NCBI GenBank assembly: GCA_031291795.1
Contig: JARLIJ010000021.1
Coordinates: 12,751 to 76,750 of the forward strand
Direction: 5' to 3'
DNA length: 64,000 nucleotides
DNA from: Acetobacteraceae bacterium
Lineage (GTDB): Bacteria > Pseudomonadota > Alphaproteobacteria > Acetobacterales > Acetobacteraceae
Part shown: positions 1 to 9,226 of the stretch, in pieces
How positions within the stretch are numbered: position 1 is the stretch's first letter
How the letters are laid out: every line of letters starts with the position of its first letter
Position numbers and translations under genes: made by a program
Notes under the pieces: model-generated
What the model was told of the DNA's origin: nothing
Seen by the model: only the letters and a program-made list of their open reading frames with translations
The model's database searches: none

Positions 1-389
1 AGGTTTCCATCGCGACTATCATCAGAATTGCGTGGACCCGCCGCAGACCGCCAGGATTGAGGCGCGGCGACTTGTTGCCCCTCCTCCAGACGGGAGCCGG
101 CGCGATTTGCCGCGTCGATCAGGAAGGACAGATCGGTCGCCAGTTTGTCGGCGTCTTCGGTGCGCCGTTCGATCTGCTCGGCAGCCCGATCAGCTTCGTT
201 TCGAAGCGCCTGAATGCCCAGCTTGACCGAGGTCGTCGCTGAGCTGAGGTTGGTGATCAATGCCTCGAACACGGCGCGATCGCGACGCACTACCCGGAGC
301 GCACGGTCCAGCCTGACGGCCATGACCAGCGTTCCCGTCAATAGCAGCGCGAGGATGACGTTGGCGATCCAGCCCCACACCGAAATCAT
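1..389 (-). CDS. DUF6468-like membrane-anchored coiled-coil protein (runs off left edge)
   Basis: Manual translation from ATG at 389 (ATGA overlap with fliM stop): MISVWGWIANVILALLLTGTLVMAVRLDRALRVVRRDRAVFEALI...DLSFLIDAANRAGSRLE. N-terminal TM plus coiled coil, typical of the gene after fliM in alphaproteobacteria. Not in the ORF track because it is incomplete. Confidence 0.75.
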   Translation of the reverse strand, partial: MISVWGWIANVILALLLTGTLVMAVRLDRALRVVRRDRAVFEALITNLSSATTSVKLGIQALRNEADRAAEQIERRTEDADKLATDLSFLIDAANRAGSRLEEGQQVAAPQSWRSAAGPRNSDDSRDGN

Positions 390-1450
390 CTGCTTCCCGT
401 TCCTTGAGTCATGCCGCCGGTCGTGAACTTGTTTTCTATCTGGACCGCGATACGATTCCGCCGGTTCCCGGCCTTGCCGACGAACAGCGGCACGCCTCCG
501 CACCTGAGCTTCACTGGATCACTGGATCCAACTCGGAAGACGATCCGACTGCCGACCTTCAGGGCCAGGACCTCCGACAAGTTCATGGACTGCTCACCCA
601 GCACGGCCTCGAGCTCAACTTCGGTCTCCCGCAGTTCTTCGGCCAGGTGGGTCTCCCAGATATTGTCACGGCCGAACCGCTCCCCCATGAACTGCTGAAG
701 CAATAGGTCACGGATCGGTTCGATCGTGGCGTAGGGCAGCACGATCTCGAAGCACCCGCCGCGTTCGTCCATATCCAGCCGCAACTTGACCAGGATCGCG
801 GCACTTGACGCGCGAGAGATCGTTGCAAAGCGGGGGTTAACTTCCGTGCGGTCGAACCGGAACGTTACCGGGCACACCGGGTCGAAGGAGATCGACAAAT
901 CTGCAAGGATCTGAACGGTCATCTTCTCGACCAATGTCCGTTCGATCGTCGTGTACGGCCGGCCTTCGATCCGCATCTGGGACGTGCCCCTGCGACCACC
1001 CAACAGCACATCCACGACCGAGTAGATCATGGGAGCGTCGATCACCATCAGGCCGAAATTGTCCCACTGCTCGGCCTTGAAAACCGAAAGCATCGCCGGC
1101 AATGGAATCGAATCCATGTAGTCGCCAAACCGCAGCGATGTGATCTTCTCGATGCTGACCTCGACGTTGTCGCTGGTCAGGTGCCGCAGACTGGTGGATA
1201 GGATGCGGACGAGCCGGTCGAACACGATCTCGAGCATCGGCAGACGCTCGTACGAGATCAAACCGGCCTTGACGACCTTGCGCAAGCCGCTCTCAGGCTC
1301 GCCTACGACCGGCAGATCGTCGAACCCCATCAGGTCGTCGATTTCCGTCTGACTCAGCACGCGCGCGGGCGCGGCCTCCGTGCCGTCCGCCGAGACGTCC
1401 CCCCAAGCTGCGGCCAGATCCGCGTCCGACGGGGTTGCGATGTCGTTCAT
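386..1450 (-). CDS. fliM: Flagellar motor switch protein FliM
   Basis: N-terminal LSQTEIDDLMG CheY-binding motif, YERLPMLEIVFDRLVR, C-terminal SpoA domain. Confidence 0.96.
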   Translation of the reverse strand: MNDIATPSDADLAAAWGDVSADGTEAAPARVLSQTEIDDLMGFDDLPVVGEPESGLRKVVKAGLISYERLPMLEIVFDRLVRILSTSLRHLTSDNVEVSIEKITSLRFGDYMDSIPLPAMLSVFKAEQWDNFGLMVIDAPMIYSVVDVLLGGRRGTSQMRIEGRPYTTIERTLVEKMTVQILADLSISFDPVCPVTFRFDRTEVNPRFATISRASSAAILVKLRLDMDERGGCFEIVLPYATIEPIRDLLLQQFMGERFGRDNIWETHLAEELRETEVELEAVLGEQSMNLSEVLALKVGSRIVFRVGSSDPVKLRCGGVPLFVGKAGNRRNRIAVQIENKFTTGGMTQGTGSR

Positions 1451-1941
1451 TGTACCAACAGCTCTATGAACAGGATCTCCGTCACGCGCGCGGGCGCAAC
1501 AGCGATGTTTGCACGCGCAATCAGTTCCTCTCGCAGCCGGTACGTGCCAGCGGACCCTCGCAGCTCCTCCGGCCGCATGTCGCGAAGATAGGTCTGGAAC
1601 AGGTCCTGTATCCGCGGACTCGCCGCAGAGACTGCGGGCTCGTCTGCCTTGTTCGCCAACTCCAACTGCGCTTTGAGCCTCACGAAGGCAGTCCGGCGGG
1701 GCCCGGCATTGAGGTTGGACACGATCTCCGGCACGTCGACCGAGCCGGACGTCGCGTCCGCACGGAATGCCCCGCCGATAATCAGCTTGGTTACGACGCC
1801 GCCCGCCACGATCAGAACGAGCAGGCCCAGGGCTGCGATTATGAGCATTTTTCTGCGGCCCAGTTTTGGTGAACCGCCAGCGCCACCGATAGCCGGGACC
1901 GAGGCAACCTCATCAGCGTCCAATGTGTCCAATGCCGCCAT
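1447..1941 (-). CDS. fliL: Flagellar basal body-associated protein FliL
   Basis: Single N-terminal TM; PRIQDLFQTYLRDMRPEELRGSAGTYRLREEL; directly upstream of fliM. Confidence 0.95.
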   Translation of the reverse strand: MAALDTLDADEVASVPAIGGAGGSPKLGRRKMLIIAALGLLVLIVAGGVVTKLIIGGAFRADATSGSVDVPEIVSNLNAGPRRTAFVRLKAQLELANKADEPAVSAASPRIQDLFQTYLRDMRPEELRGSAGTYRLREELIARANIAVAPARVTEILFIELLVQ

Positions 1942-2069
1942 TTTAGCGCCGCTGCCTCGTCGATAATCTTCCCTGAACAGATATAGGCTTGTTCCGAAAA
2001 ATCGGGATTATTCCAGGATCAAGACTGCCTGCCGTGCTGGTATTTCACTGCGAGGCCAGGCAGCACTCG

Positions 2070-2103
2070 TCCGTCATGGCCGGACAAGCCCGGCCATGAC
2101 GGA
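2070..2103. repeat. Perfect 14-bp inverted repeat, REP-like palindrome or terminator
   Basis: TCCGTCATGGCCGG-ACAAGC-CCGGCCATGACGGA; resembles the CGTCATGGCCGGGCTTG-type intergenic palindromes of alphaproteobacteria. Confidence 0.7.
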
Positions 2104-2148
2104 AGGGGCGGCGCAAATGCCGCTTGCTATTCGACTGTACCCCGCACG

Positions 2149-3051
2149 CTACGCGCCGGCATCCTGCAGATCGTGCGTGACCGCTGTGAGGTGGCCGTCG
2201 AAGTCCTTCAGCCACTCCATCACGGCCCGACTGCGTCGTGGGGCCGGCGGCGCCCATAAGCCTGCCGCAACCAGGCGGTTGCGCGCGCCTTCCACAAGGG
2301 GACGAACGAGCCCGCGGACGGTGCCGTTCAAGACGGGAGGTGGAGGCATGGTTCTCGTCATATGCACGTCAGCCGCGCCGGGACGCCTGGACGGAGCCTG
2401 TCTCTCGAGATCTCGACGCGCGCGCCAGTTCCGCAAGGAGCCCAGCTCCTTATCCTCTCCGGTCGCGGCCCCAGGATTGGCAACCCCGGTATCGACGGCC
2501 ACGACCTCCGGATTGCGGTCCGCCGGTCCAATCGCCTCCTCATCCGCGGTCGCTGTATGCCATCCGGCACGCTCCCGATCTCGCAAGGCAACGGAGGCGG
2601 CGCGCTCGGCTGCGGATCGCACCTGATATGAGGATCGGGCTTCCGGTCGGGTCATGACCGAGACCGGGCGCCCTGCTATGGTCGCAACGACGTATGGATC
2701 CCTGACGGCAAGCTGCACCATCATCCGGTGCGCCTCTCGCGTTTCGACAAGAATGCTGATGCGGCCCCAGTCCGGTATGCGGCTCGATGCCGAAAGGAAC
2801 GCGCACCGGAGTGTCATGTCCAGCCCGCCGTCGCACACGCCGTGACCGCGGAAACGATTATCACCCGCGGCATCTCCAACCAGATACGCCCATCCGCCGG
2901 CCAGATCCTTGGCGAAGTACCGGCCCGTCTGGTCCGGACTATCCAGCACGACTGAACCCAGAGCGATAGAGACCGCACCAAATGACTCGAACATTCGTCT
3001 TCTCCGAATTTCATTTGCGTTCAGAGCGTTACGAAGCTGCGCCGACATCAT
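2149..3051 (-). CDS. Hypothetical protein translationally coupled to flhB
   Basis: Long ORF; ATG at 3051 overlaps the flhB TGA (ATGA); no family recognised. Confidence 0.65.
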   Translation of the reverse strand: MMSAQLRNALNANEIRRRRMFESFGAVSIALGSVVLDSPDQTGRYFAKDLAGGWAYLVGDAAGDNRFRGHGVCDGGLDMTLRCAFLSASSRIPDWGRISILVETREAHRMMVQLAVRDPYVVATIAGRPVSVMTRPEARSSYQVRSAAERAASVALRDRERAGWHTATADEEAIGPADRNPEVVAVDTGVANPGAATGEDKELGSLRNWRARRDLERQAPSRRPGAADVHMTRTMPPPPVLNGTVRGLVRPLVEGARNRLVAAGLWAPPAPRRSRAVMEWLKDFDGHLTAVTHDLQDAGA

Positions 3052-4133
3052 GGCCACCTCCCGGAAGTGCCCATGCGATTCTTCAACTTCCACACGTAGG
3101 CGATGACCTCTGCCACAGCGCGATAATGTTCGGCTGGAATTTCCCGATCCAGTTCGACCTGGTACAGCGACCGCGCCAAAGGCGGGTTGGCGACGATCGG
3201 AACCTTGTGGGCCTGCGCCTCTTCTCGAATGCGTGCGGCCACGAAATCGGCGCCCTTCGCCACAACCTTTGGCGCCCCGGTATTGTCGTAGGACAATGCG
3301 ACAGCGTAGTGGGTCGGATTGGTGATAACGACGGCAGCGGATTTCACCTTTGCCATCATGCGCCGCCTGGACCGCATTTCCCGCATACGTCGCAGTTTCG
3401 CCTTGACGATCGGGTCGCCTTCCGTTTGTCGCAGCTCGAGCCGAACCTGCTCGCGCGTCATACGCATCGACTTGGTGTGCTGGTGTCGTACCAGGAACAC
3501 GTCCAATACAGCGAAACCTGCCAGGGCCATCATCAAGGGCCGTACAAAGCTCTGAACCTGCTCACGCGCGGTCGGCAGCAGCCACGTCGCATCCATATTG
3601 AAGATGGCGATCACGTTCGCAGGAGTACGACCGACCGCCCACCAGACCAGCATAGACAGGATAGCAAGACGGCCGCATGACTTCAGAAAGTCCAACAGGT
3701 TTCGCTGCGAGAGGATACGGCTCAACCCGCTTGCAGGGCTGATCCGCGATGCCTGGAAGCGGATCGGTGCGCCACCAATATAGAACTGGGTTTGCAGCAG
3801 CGTGCAGCCAACGCTGCACGCTGCTGCAGGGACCGCGATAGCGCCAAACAGCATGGCCGCGGAGAATACCACCCCCATCACAGGTCCAGCCATGCCCGTT
3901 CCGTCAGTGACCCGTATTTGGTCCAGCACGCCGAGTAACGTAGCAGACTGCTCAGCCATCCTCTCGGCTATCATCGGGACGAATGTCACAGCCCCAAGCG
4001 CTGCTCCGGTCAACGAGGCCAGCGTTGTCAGATCGCGCGAGATTGGAAGCTGCCCCTCCTCGCGCGCCTGTTCCAACCGCTTTTGGGTCGGTGCCTCCGT
4101 GCGATCCTCTGCGCTGTGCTCGCTGCCCGACAT
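3048..4133 (-). CDS. flhB: Flagellar export apparatus protein FlhB
   Basis: EDRTEAPTQKRLEQAREEGQ N-terminus, EGDP, NPTH autocleavage motif; start trimmed to MSGSEH. Confidence 0.96.
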   Translation of the reverse strand: MSGSEHSAEDRTEAPTQKRLEQAREEGQLPISRDLTTLASLTGAALGAVTFVPMIAERMAEQSATLLGVLDQIRVTDGTGMAGPVMGVVFSAAMLFGAIAVPAAACSVGCTLLQTQFYIGGAPIRFQASRISPASGLSRILSQRNLLDFLKSCGRLAILSMLVWWAVGRTPANVIAIFNMDATWLLPTAREQVQSFVRPLMMALAGFAVLDVFLVRHQHTKSMRMTREQVRLELRQTEGDPIVKAKLRRMREMRSRRRMMAKVKSAAVVITNPTHYAVALSYDNTGAPKVVAKGADFVAARIREEAQAHKVPIVANPPLARSLYQVELDREIPAEHYRAVAEVIAYVWKLKNRMGTSGRWP

Positions 4134-4143
4134 CGCCGCTGGC

Positions 4144-4920
4144 CTAAAGCCCCGGCAGCGACGAGAACGCCTTGAGCACTCCCGCCGACCAGGTGGTAAA
4201 CATGATGCCAGTAGCCGCGGCGAACAGTGCCAGGCCCGCCAGGATTTGCGCCGGAGCAGAAACGAGTTGCACCTGGATGTTGGGCACCAGGCGACTGAGG
4301 AAGGCCAGGGCCGCCTGCCAGACGATACAGATGACGACGAAGGGGGCCGCCAGCCGCAGCGCCAAGTCGAAGCTTTCCGCAACCGCGCGCGTCACCCATT
4401 GGGCAGCGCCACCTGCATCGAAGGCACTGCCTGGCGGGATTATGTCGTAGCTGCCCATGACAGCCTGGACAGGCAGCACATACAATCCGGATGCGAATAG
4501 CAGCGCGACGGCTGCCAACCCCAGCATCCGTTCCAAGGCAGGCACCTGGACCCCCAGGGATGGATCGATCTGCAGCACGCTCGACAGACCAACCATGAAA
4601 GAGATGATGCCACCAGCTATCGAAAGCGCCATCACCAGCACGCGGGTTATGAAGCCAAGCCAGGCGCCGACAATGATCTCGATGGTGAGCAGCCCGACCA
4701 TCTCGATGACAGAATCGGGCGGTGGTGGCAGGCTGCTCCGCAACAACGGATAGACCAGAGCCCCCAGCACGACGGCCAGTGCGATCCGCACCGTCGTCGG
4801 AATTTCGTTCTCGCCAAGAGCGGGGCCGGTCAGCAGGGTCGTCCCGACCCGCGCGATGACCAGCATGAACCCGAACCCCATGGAGGGCAGGTCGTGCAGG
4901 AAGGTCGGCAGGTCATCCAT
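4144..4920 (-). CDS. fliR: Flagellar biosynthetic protein FliR
   Basis: Hydrophobic 258 aa; ARV...PALGE; located between fliQ and flhB. Confidence 0.94.
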   Translation of the reverse strand: MDDLPTFLHDLPSMGFGFMLVIARVGTTLLTGPALGENEIPTTVRIALAVVLGALVYPLLRSSLPPPPDSVIEMVGLLTIEIIVGAWLGFITRVLVMALSIAGGIISFMVGLSSVLQIDPSLGVQVPALERMLGLAAVALLFASGLYVLPVQAVMGSYDIIPPGSAFDAGGAAQWVTRAVAESFDLALRLAAPFVVICIVWQAALAFLSRLVPNIQVQLVSAPAQILAGLALFAAATGIMFTTWSAGVLKAFSSLPGL

Positions 4921-5191
4921 AGCTCAGCCCGATCACGATGATCTGGTCGAACACCGTGTGGGCGTAATCGCCCAACGTCTGCATCATGAAGCCGCCCAGC
5001 ACAGCAATCGTGGCGCAGACGGCGAGAAGCTTCGGGATGAAAACCAGCGTGTGTTCGTTGATCTGTGTCAGCGCCTGCAGCATCGAGACGACCAGGCCCA
5101 CGACGAGGCCTACCACCAACACCGGCCCCGCCAACTTGAGCAGGATGATCAATGCTTCCCGGGCGAAGCCGGCGAGGTCGGCTTCATTCAC
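4913..5191 (-). CDS. fliQ: Flagellar biosynthetic protein FliQ
   Basis: QALTQINEHTLVFIPKL motif. Confidence 0.96.
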   Translation of the reverse strand: MNEADLAGFAREALIILLKLAGPVLVVGLVVGLVVSMLQALTQINEHTLVFIPKLLAVCATIAVLGGFMMQTLGDYAHTVFDQIIVIGLSYG

Positions 5192-5322
5192 GGACGCCGC
5201 CCTTCATTGCGGAGGCTGCCGTACGCGCCTGGGCCGGGAAGTATGGAACTGGATTCCGAACGTGCCTGCGGCATTGTTGGTTACCCCATTTTGGGATGGT
5301 AGCGCCGCACAGTATTGGCGGT

Positions 5323-5628
5323 TCAGACGGCCATCCGCATGATTTCCTGGTAGGCCGAGACCACCTTGTCTCGAACGGCGACGCTTGCCTGCAACGCCAT
5401 CTCCGCCTTCGACACTGCCATGACCACGTCGGTCAGGCCGCCGGTACCAGTCATTGCCTGGACCGACTTGGTGTCCGCGTCCTGCCCAAGATTCGTCAGT
5501 CCGTTCATGGCGCCTTGCAATACGGACCCGAACGAGCTGCTGGTGGTTGCCTGCGCATCGTCCTGCGCCCCGAGGCCACCCTGGGCCGCGGCGTAGGCCG
5601 CTGCGCCGGTTACATTGCTGGAAATCAT
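5323..5628 (-). CDS. fliE: Flagellar hook-basal body protein FliE
   Basis: C-terminal VRDKVVSAYQEIMRMAV. Confidence 0.96.
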   Translation of the reverse strand: MISSNVTGAAAYAAAQGGLGAQDDAQATTSSSFGSVLQGAMNGLTNLGQDADTKSVQAMTGTGGLTDVVMAVSKAEMALQASVAVRDKVVSAYQEIMRMAV

Positions 5629-5636
5629 CGCGGCCG

Positions 5637-6044
5637 CTACCGCAACAAATCGACAGTTCGGGATATGATCCCGCGGGTCGTTTCCATGACGTTCAGGTTA
5701 GCGGAATAGGACCGCTCAGCCTCTTTCATATCCATGACCTCGACGAAAGAGCTTACGTTGGGGGTCTTGACATAGCCTTGCGCGTCGGCCGCCGGGTTGC
5801 CCGGATCGAACCTCTGCGGGAACGCGGACATGTCCGGTACGACCTGGCGCACACCCACGGTGGTGGCATTCAAAGACTGGTCCAGGGTATTTGCGAAGAT
5901 GACAGTCTTGCGGCGATACGGGTCCGATCCTGGGGTCGATCCCGTGGTCGCGGAATTGGCAAGGTTCTCGGCGATCACCCGCAAACGTGTGGTCTGCGCG
6001 CTCATGCCCTTTGCCGAGAGATCGAGGGTCGTCGTGAGATCCAT
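5637..6044 (-). CDS. flgC: Flagellar basal body rod protein FlgC
   Basis: AENLANS, PYRRK, DPGNPAADAQGYVKTPNV, RSYSANL; start trimmed to MDLTTT. Confidence 0.96.
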   Translation of the reverse strand: MDLTTTLDLSAKGMSAQTTRLRVIAENLANSATTGSTPGSDPYRRKTVIFANTLDQSLNATTVGVRQVVPDMSAFPQRFDPGNPAADAQGYVKTPNVSSFVEVMDMKEAERSYSANLNVMETTRGIISRTVDLLR

Positions 6045-6060
6045 GCTCAATCTTTCTCTG

Positions 6061-6435
6061 TCAATTCCGCCCGATGGCCGCTTTGAACAAGCTGACATAT
6101 TTCTTGTAGAGGTTGGTGGCGAGCTGATGGGCGGTATCGGTCTCGGCGATTTTCTCCAATTGCTCATCCAGCGCGACCGAATTCCCGTCGATGGATGTTC
6201 CTGCCGTGCTTACGGTCTGGGGCGATGCGAGGCCGATGGTCTCCTGCGTGAATCCGGCGCTATCCGTTTGCTGCGCGGTGCTGGCAAGCACATCGGCGAA
6301 CGGCCTTACATCTCGTGCGACATAGCCAGGCGTATTGGCGTTGGCGACGTTCTGCGCCAGAACACTCTGCCGCTGACCGATCCAGGCGAGTCGTTTCTCG
6401 GCCATTGCGAAAACATCGGATGAGGCGGTATCCAT
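6061..6435 (-). CDS. flgB: Flagellar basal body rod protein FlgB
   Basis: RQSVLAQNVANANTPGYVARD, DGNSVALD; start trimmed to MDTASS. Confidence 0.95.
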   Translation of the reverse strand: MDTASSDVFAMAEKRLAWIGQRQSVLAQNVANANTPGYVARDVRPFADVLASTAQQTDSAGFTQETIGLASPQTVSTAGTSIDGNSVALDEQLEKIAETDTAHQLATNLYKKYVSLFKAAIGRN

Positions 6436-6533
6436 GTCTGGGTGATATAGAGATGGGTGGCGCAATGCCAACAAGATGGCCTTTGCGGTACAGGTCCGTC
6501 GGTGACCACCGCAGGCGCTGACCGCGAGCCGGA

Positions 6534-6827
6534 TCAGTGAAGCACGTAGCGGACCCCGAAAATCAGGACGACCCAGATTGGGACGGACACCGCGACTCCG
6601 AGCATGATGCCCCTGGCCGGCCCCAGACCATCCGTTTGGGTGAACACGATCTGTGGTTCCGGCACAGCAGGCGGCCAGTCGTCGGAATTCGGATCAGCCG
6701 CGCCGCGCGACGCAGGTGTGGCGGACGGATGCACGTCCTGGCGCCACCCAGGACTGCGCTGGGGAGATTTCGCGCCGATGTCGCCTTCAATCGATTCGGA
6801 TATGGGGGTGTCGATGCTATGCGGCAT
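6534..6827 (-). CDS. Small protein with C-terminal TM helix
   Basis: DGLGPARGIMLGVAVSVPIWVVLIFGV hydrophobic C-terminus; ATG directly follows the TAG of the upstream in-frame ORF. Confidence 0.6.
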   Translation of the reverse strand: MPHSIDTPISESIEGDIGAKSPQRSPGWRQDVHPSATPASRGAADPNSDDWPPAVPEPQIVFTQTDGLGPARGIMLGVAVSVPIWVVLIFGVRYVLH

Positions 6828-7043
6828 CTATGCCGCCTCCCCGTTGGCGACGCCGCCCGCTGTCAGGCAGGCAACTGTCGCGGCCCTGCCAAACGCCCCG
6901 GCCGGCGTTGGCGCTCTGACGAGGCCGAGGCGAGCTCCTCCGGAGACGTGTGTCGCCCGCGACGCGAAGGCTGCCTTGTACGGCGCTGACCCGGGGTTTA
7001 CGAAGCTCGCTTCGGTAGCAGATACGTTTGACGAAACAAACAT
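6828..7043 (-). CDS. Small hypothetical protein (71 aa)
   Basis: Strong SD (GAGGTGAGGCC-ATG) and upstream CCTATAT -10-like element at 7193-7199. Confidence 0.5.
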   Translation of the reverse strand: MFVSSNVSATEASFVNPGSAPYKAAFASRATHVSGGARLGLVRAPTPAGAFGRAATVACLTAGGVANGEAA

Positions 7044-7401
7044 GGCCTCACCTCAACCCGTGCCTGGCATTGACGTCTTGCGCCCGCCGAGCAGCCGATT
7101 GTTGACAGTGAGATATTCTCCTGCCGTCCTCGTAAATCTTTCACAGTCGTTGCGGCTCCCGGTTGCACCGAGACCGCTGGCACCCATTCCCTATATAGGT
7201 GGAACCTGGGCAACCAAGGTGTTTTCGGCATGACTATTTCATGCGTGAGTGTCGCGGCATTACCTATTCTGTCGTGATGCCTCGGCAATGAGGTTGCCCC
7301 CCCCTCATGCCGTTCGATCTGGCCCGACAAGCTAATCCGCACGCTCGGGATTGGGGCCACAGCCGCGTCCGGCTCCCACCCACCGCCGCCAGGCTGATGA
7401 T

Positions 7402-7920
7402 CTATATCGAGCCCATTCCTTCGCGCGTAGCCATGATACCGCGGATCGCATCGACGCATTCCTTTGTCGTCGACTGGATCCATTCAATCTCTGCCTCAAT
7501 CTCCTCGGCCGCTTTTTCGGTCTGGTCCAGCAGGTCGACCACGTCCGAGGCGATCGCCGAGAACTCCTTCCCAGCGTCGCCTGCGCAGGCCGTCCCGACC
7601 GCGGCGCCAAACGCAAGCAGGTTTGCCTGGCCCGTGATGTCGGTGATCACCCCGACCGCATCCCGGATCTTCGCGGTCCTCTCCATGAGCACACGCGCCA
7701 TCTCGTCGGTCCGTCGCGCGTCCGCCACTGCCAGAGTGGCGATCTTCGACGATTGCGACACCTGGCGGCTGATCTCCCGGATGGACGCCGTCAGCCCCTC
7801 GGTTGCTGCCGCCACCGCCACAGCCTGTTTGTTGGCCCGCATCGCCGCCCCCGACAAGCCGCCGCCATTCGCGGCTCCACCGGCCAGTACTGCGTAACGA
7901 AATTGCCGTAGATCGGTCAT
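7402..7920 (-). CDS. Soluble, truncated methyl-accepting chemotaxis-like protein with degenerate signalling tip (possible pseudogene)
   Basis: VAAATEGLTASIREISRQV and ITGQANLLAFGAAVGTACAGDAGKEFSAIASDV align by eye with MCP IAxQTNLLALNAxIEAARAGEAGKGFAVVASEV; no TM or sensor domain; start uncertain (alternative 7842). Confidence 0.75.
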   Translation of the reverse strand: MTDLRQFRYAVLAGGAANGGGLSGAAMRANKQAVAVAAATEGLTASIREISRQVSQSSKIATLAVADARRTDEMARVLMERTAKIRDAVGVITDITGQANLLAFGAAVGTACAGDAGKEFSAIASDVVDLLDQTEKAAEEIEAEIEWIQSTTKECVDAIRGIMATREGMGSI

Positions 7921-7962
7921 TGGATGCGAACCATCTCAAGCGCCCACCGTGCCGGCCTGTTC

Positions 7963-8178
7963 TTAACGAACCGCCTGAGCACTCCGTTTTCCGACCACGC
8001 TGCCGTTGTCGACGCCTTGGGCAGATAACAACGCACCAAAGCTGTTGGCACCCGAACTCGCGTCATCCTTGGGGCTTGTCGGTTGCGAGGAGGTCAGTTG
8101 CTTCCATTCCGCCAGCGCTCCACTGCCGATCTGGGCGATCGCGCTGATGGCACTGGTAGCGGCGAAGAACGGGATCAT
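7963..8178 (-). CDS. Small hypothetical protein (71 aa)
   Basis: SD GGAG upstream of ATG; own CCTATAT element at 8269-8275; Ser/Ala-rich with SFGALL motif. Confidence 0.6.
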   Translation of the reverse strand: MIPFFAATSAISAIAQIGSGALAEWKQLTSSQPTSPKDDASSGANSFGALLSAQGVDNGSVVGKRSAQAVR

Positions 8179-8293
8179 GACAGGCTCCGGGGCACGTGGA
8201 ACAGGGTCGGCAATCGGTGGCGGGGGATATTCCGCAGCATGCTGGCAGTTACACCCCGTCCTACTTCCATATAGGGCGCATGGAGAAAACGCG

Positions 8294-9226
8294 TTATCGG
8301 GCCGCCATGAAATGTGGCTTCACGATCGCCACCGGCTGCATGCGGTACGACGCCAGCCCCCGCCCTATGGTGGACATTGTTCCGGTCGGAGGAGCCGCCG
8401 TCCCGACGCGGCCGGCAACGCCGCCCAGACCCACGTTCGCAACAGTCGTAGCGGCCGTAGTCGCCGTTGCAACCATGGCGGAGGGCCGTTCCATGATCGT
8501 GCTGCTGGCAGTCCGTGGCAGCATGATGATACGGCCGCGGCCTGCCATCATGCCCCCCACCGATGATGCCGCGACCGGCCATGTTGGATATCCGTTCTGG
8601 GGAAGGCCGTCATAGGCCGGCCGCTTTGCCTCCTCGGCCATAGCGGTCATGACCTTCTCGCGGTACGGGTTTCCCAATTCGGGGTTGGCCGAATGATACC
8701 AGGCAGCAGCCATTTCCCAGCTGCCGGTCTTCTCCCGCAGCTCAGTCAGGAACCTGACGGCATAGCGCGCGTTTGCAATGGGATCGAACGCCTCCTCCAA
8801 GCTATGGAAGGCGTTGGGATGGTGCATCAGGTTGACCTGCAGGCAACCCACGTCGATCGACTGCACGCCGCGCGCCTGGAGTTGCCGGGTAAAGGCGATA
8901 GCCTCGGCCTTGCTTCCGAAAAAGCTGCCCTGCCCTTCCGCGTTGATTGTCCAAGGCCAGGGATGCAGGTGCCCGGTCACCGGGTCTGGGCGTCCCGATT
9001 CCACATCGGCGATCCCGACAAGCATGCGTTGCGGCAGCCCGCTGCCCATCTCCGCTTGTTGCACGGCATGACGGCAGAGAAGCCCCTGTTCGTCGGTGCC
9101 TTCTGCCTGAACAGGTATAGCATGCGCTGTCGCAGTCCACAGGCACATGGCGACCACCAAGACCGCCGCCGCAGTCCTTGCGCCGCGTCGGCGGGGCGGA
9201 GATAGAATGCCCGTGCAACAAATCAT
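8294..9226 (-). CDS. Lytic transglycosylase (SLT domain), SltF-like
   Basis: Signal peptide, catalytic VESG, WPWTIN, SIDVGCLQVN, NARYAVRFL, AAAWYHS. Confidence 0.9.
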   Translation of the reverse strand: MICCTGILSPPRRRGARTAAAVLVVAMCLWTATAHAIPVQAEGTDEQGLLCRHAVQQAEMGSGLPQRMLVGIADVESGRPDPVTGHLHPWPWTINAEGQGSFFGSKAEAIAFTRQLQARGVQSIDVGCLQVNLMHHPNAFHSLEEAFDPIANARYAVRFLTELREKTGSWEMAAAWYHSANPELGNPYREKVMTAMAEEAKRPAYDGLPQNGYPTWPVAASSVGGMMAGRGRIIMLPRTASSTIMERPSAMVATATTAATTVANVGLGGVAGRVGTAAPPTGTMSTIGRGLASYRMQPVAIVKPHFMAAR

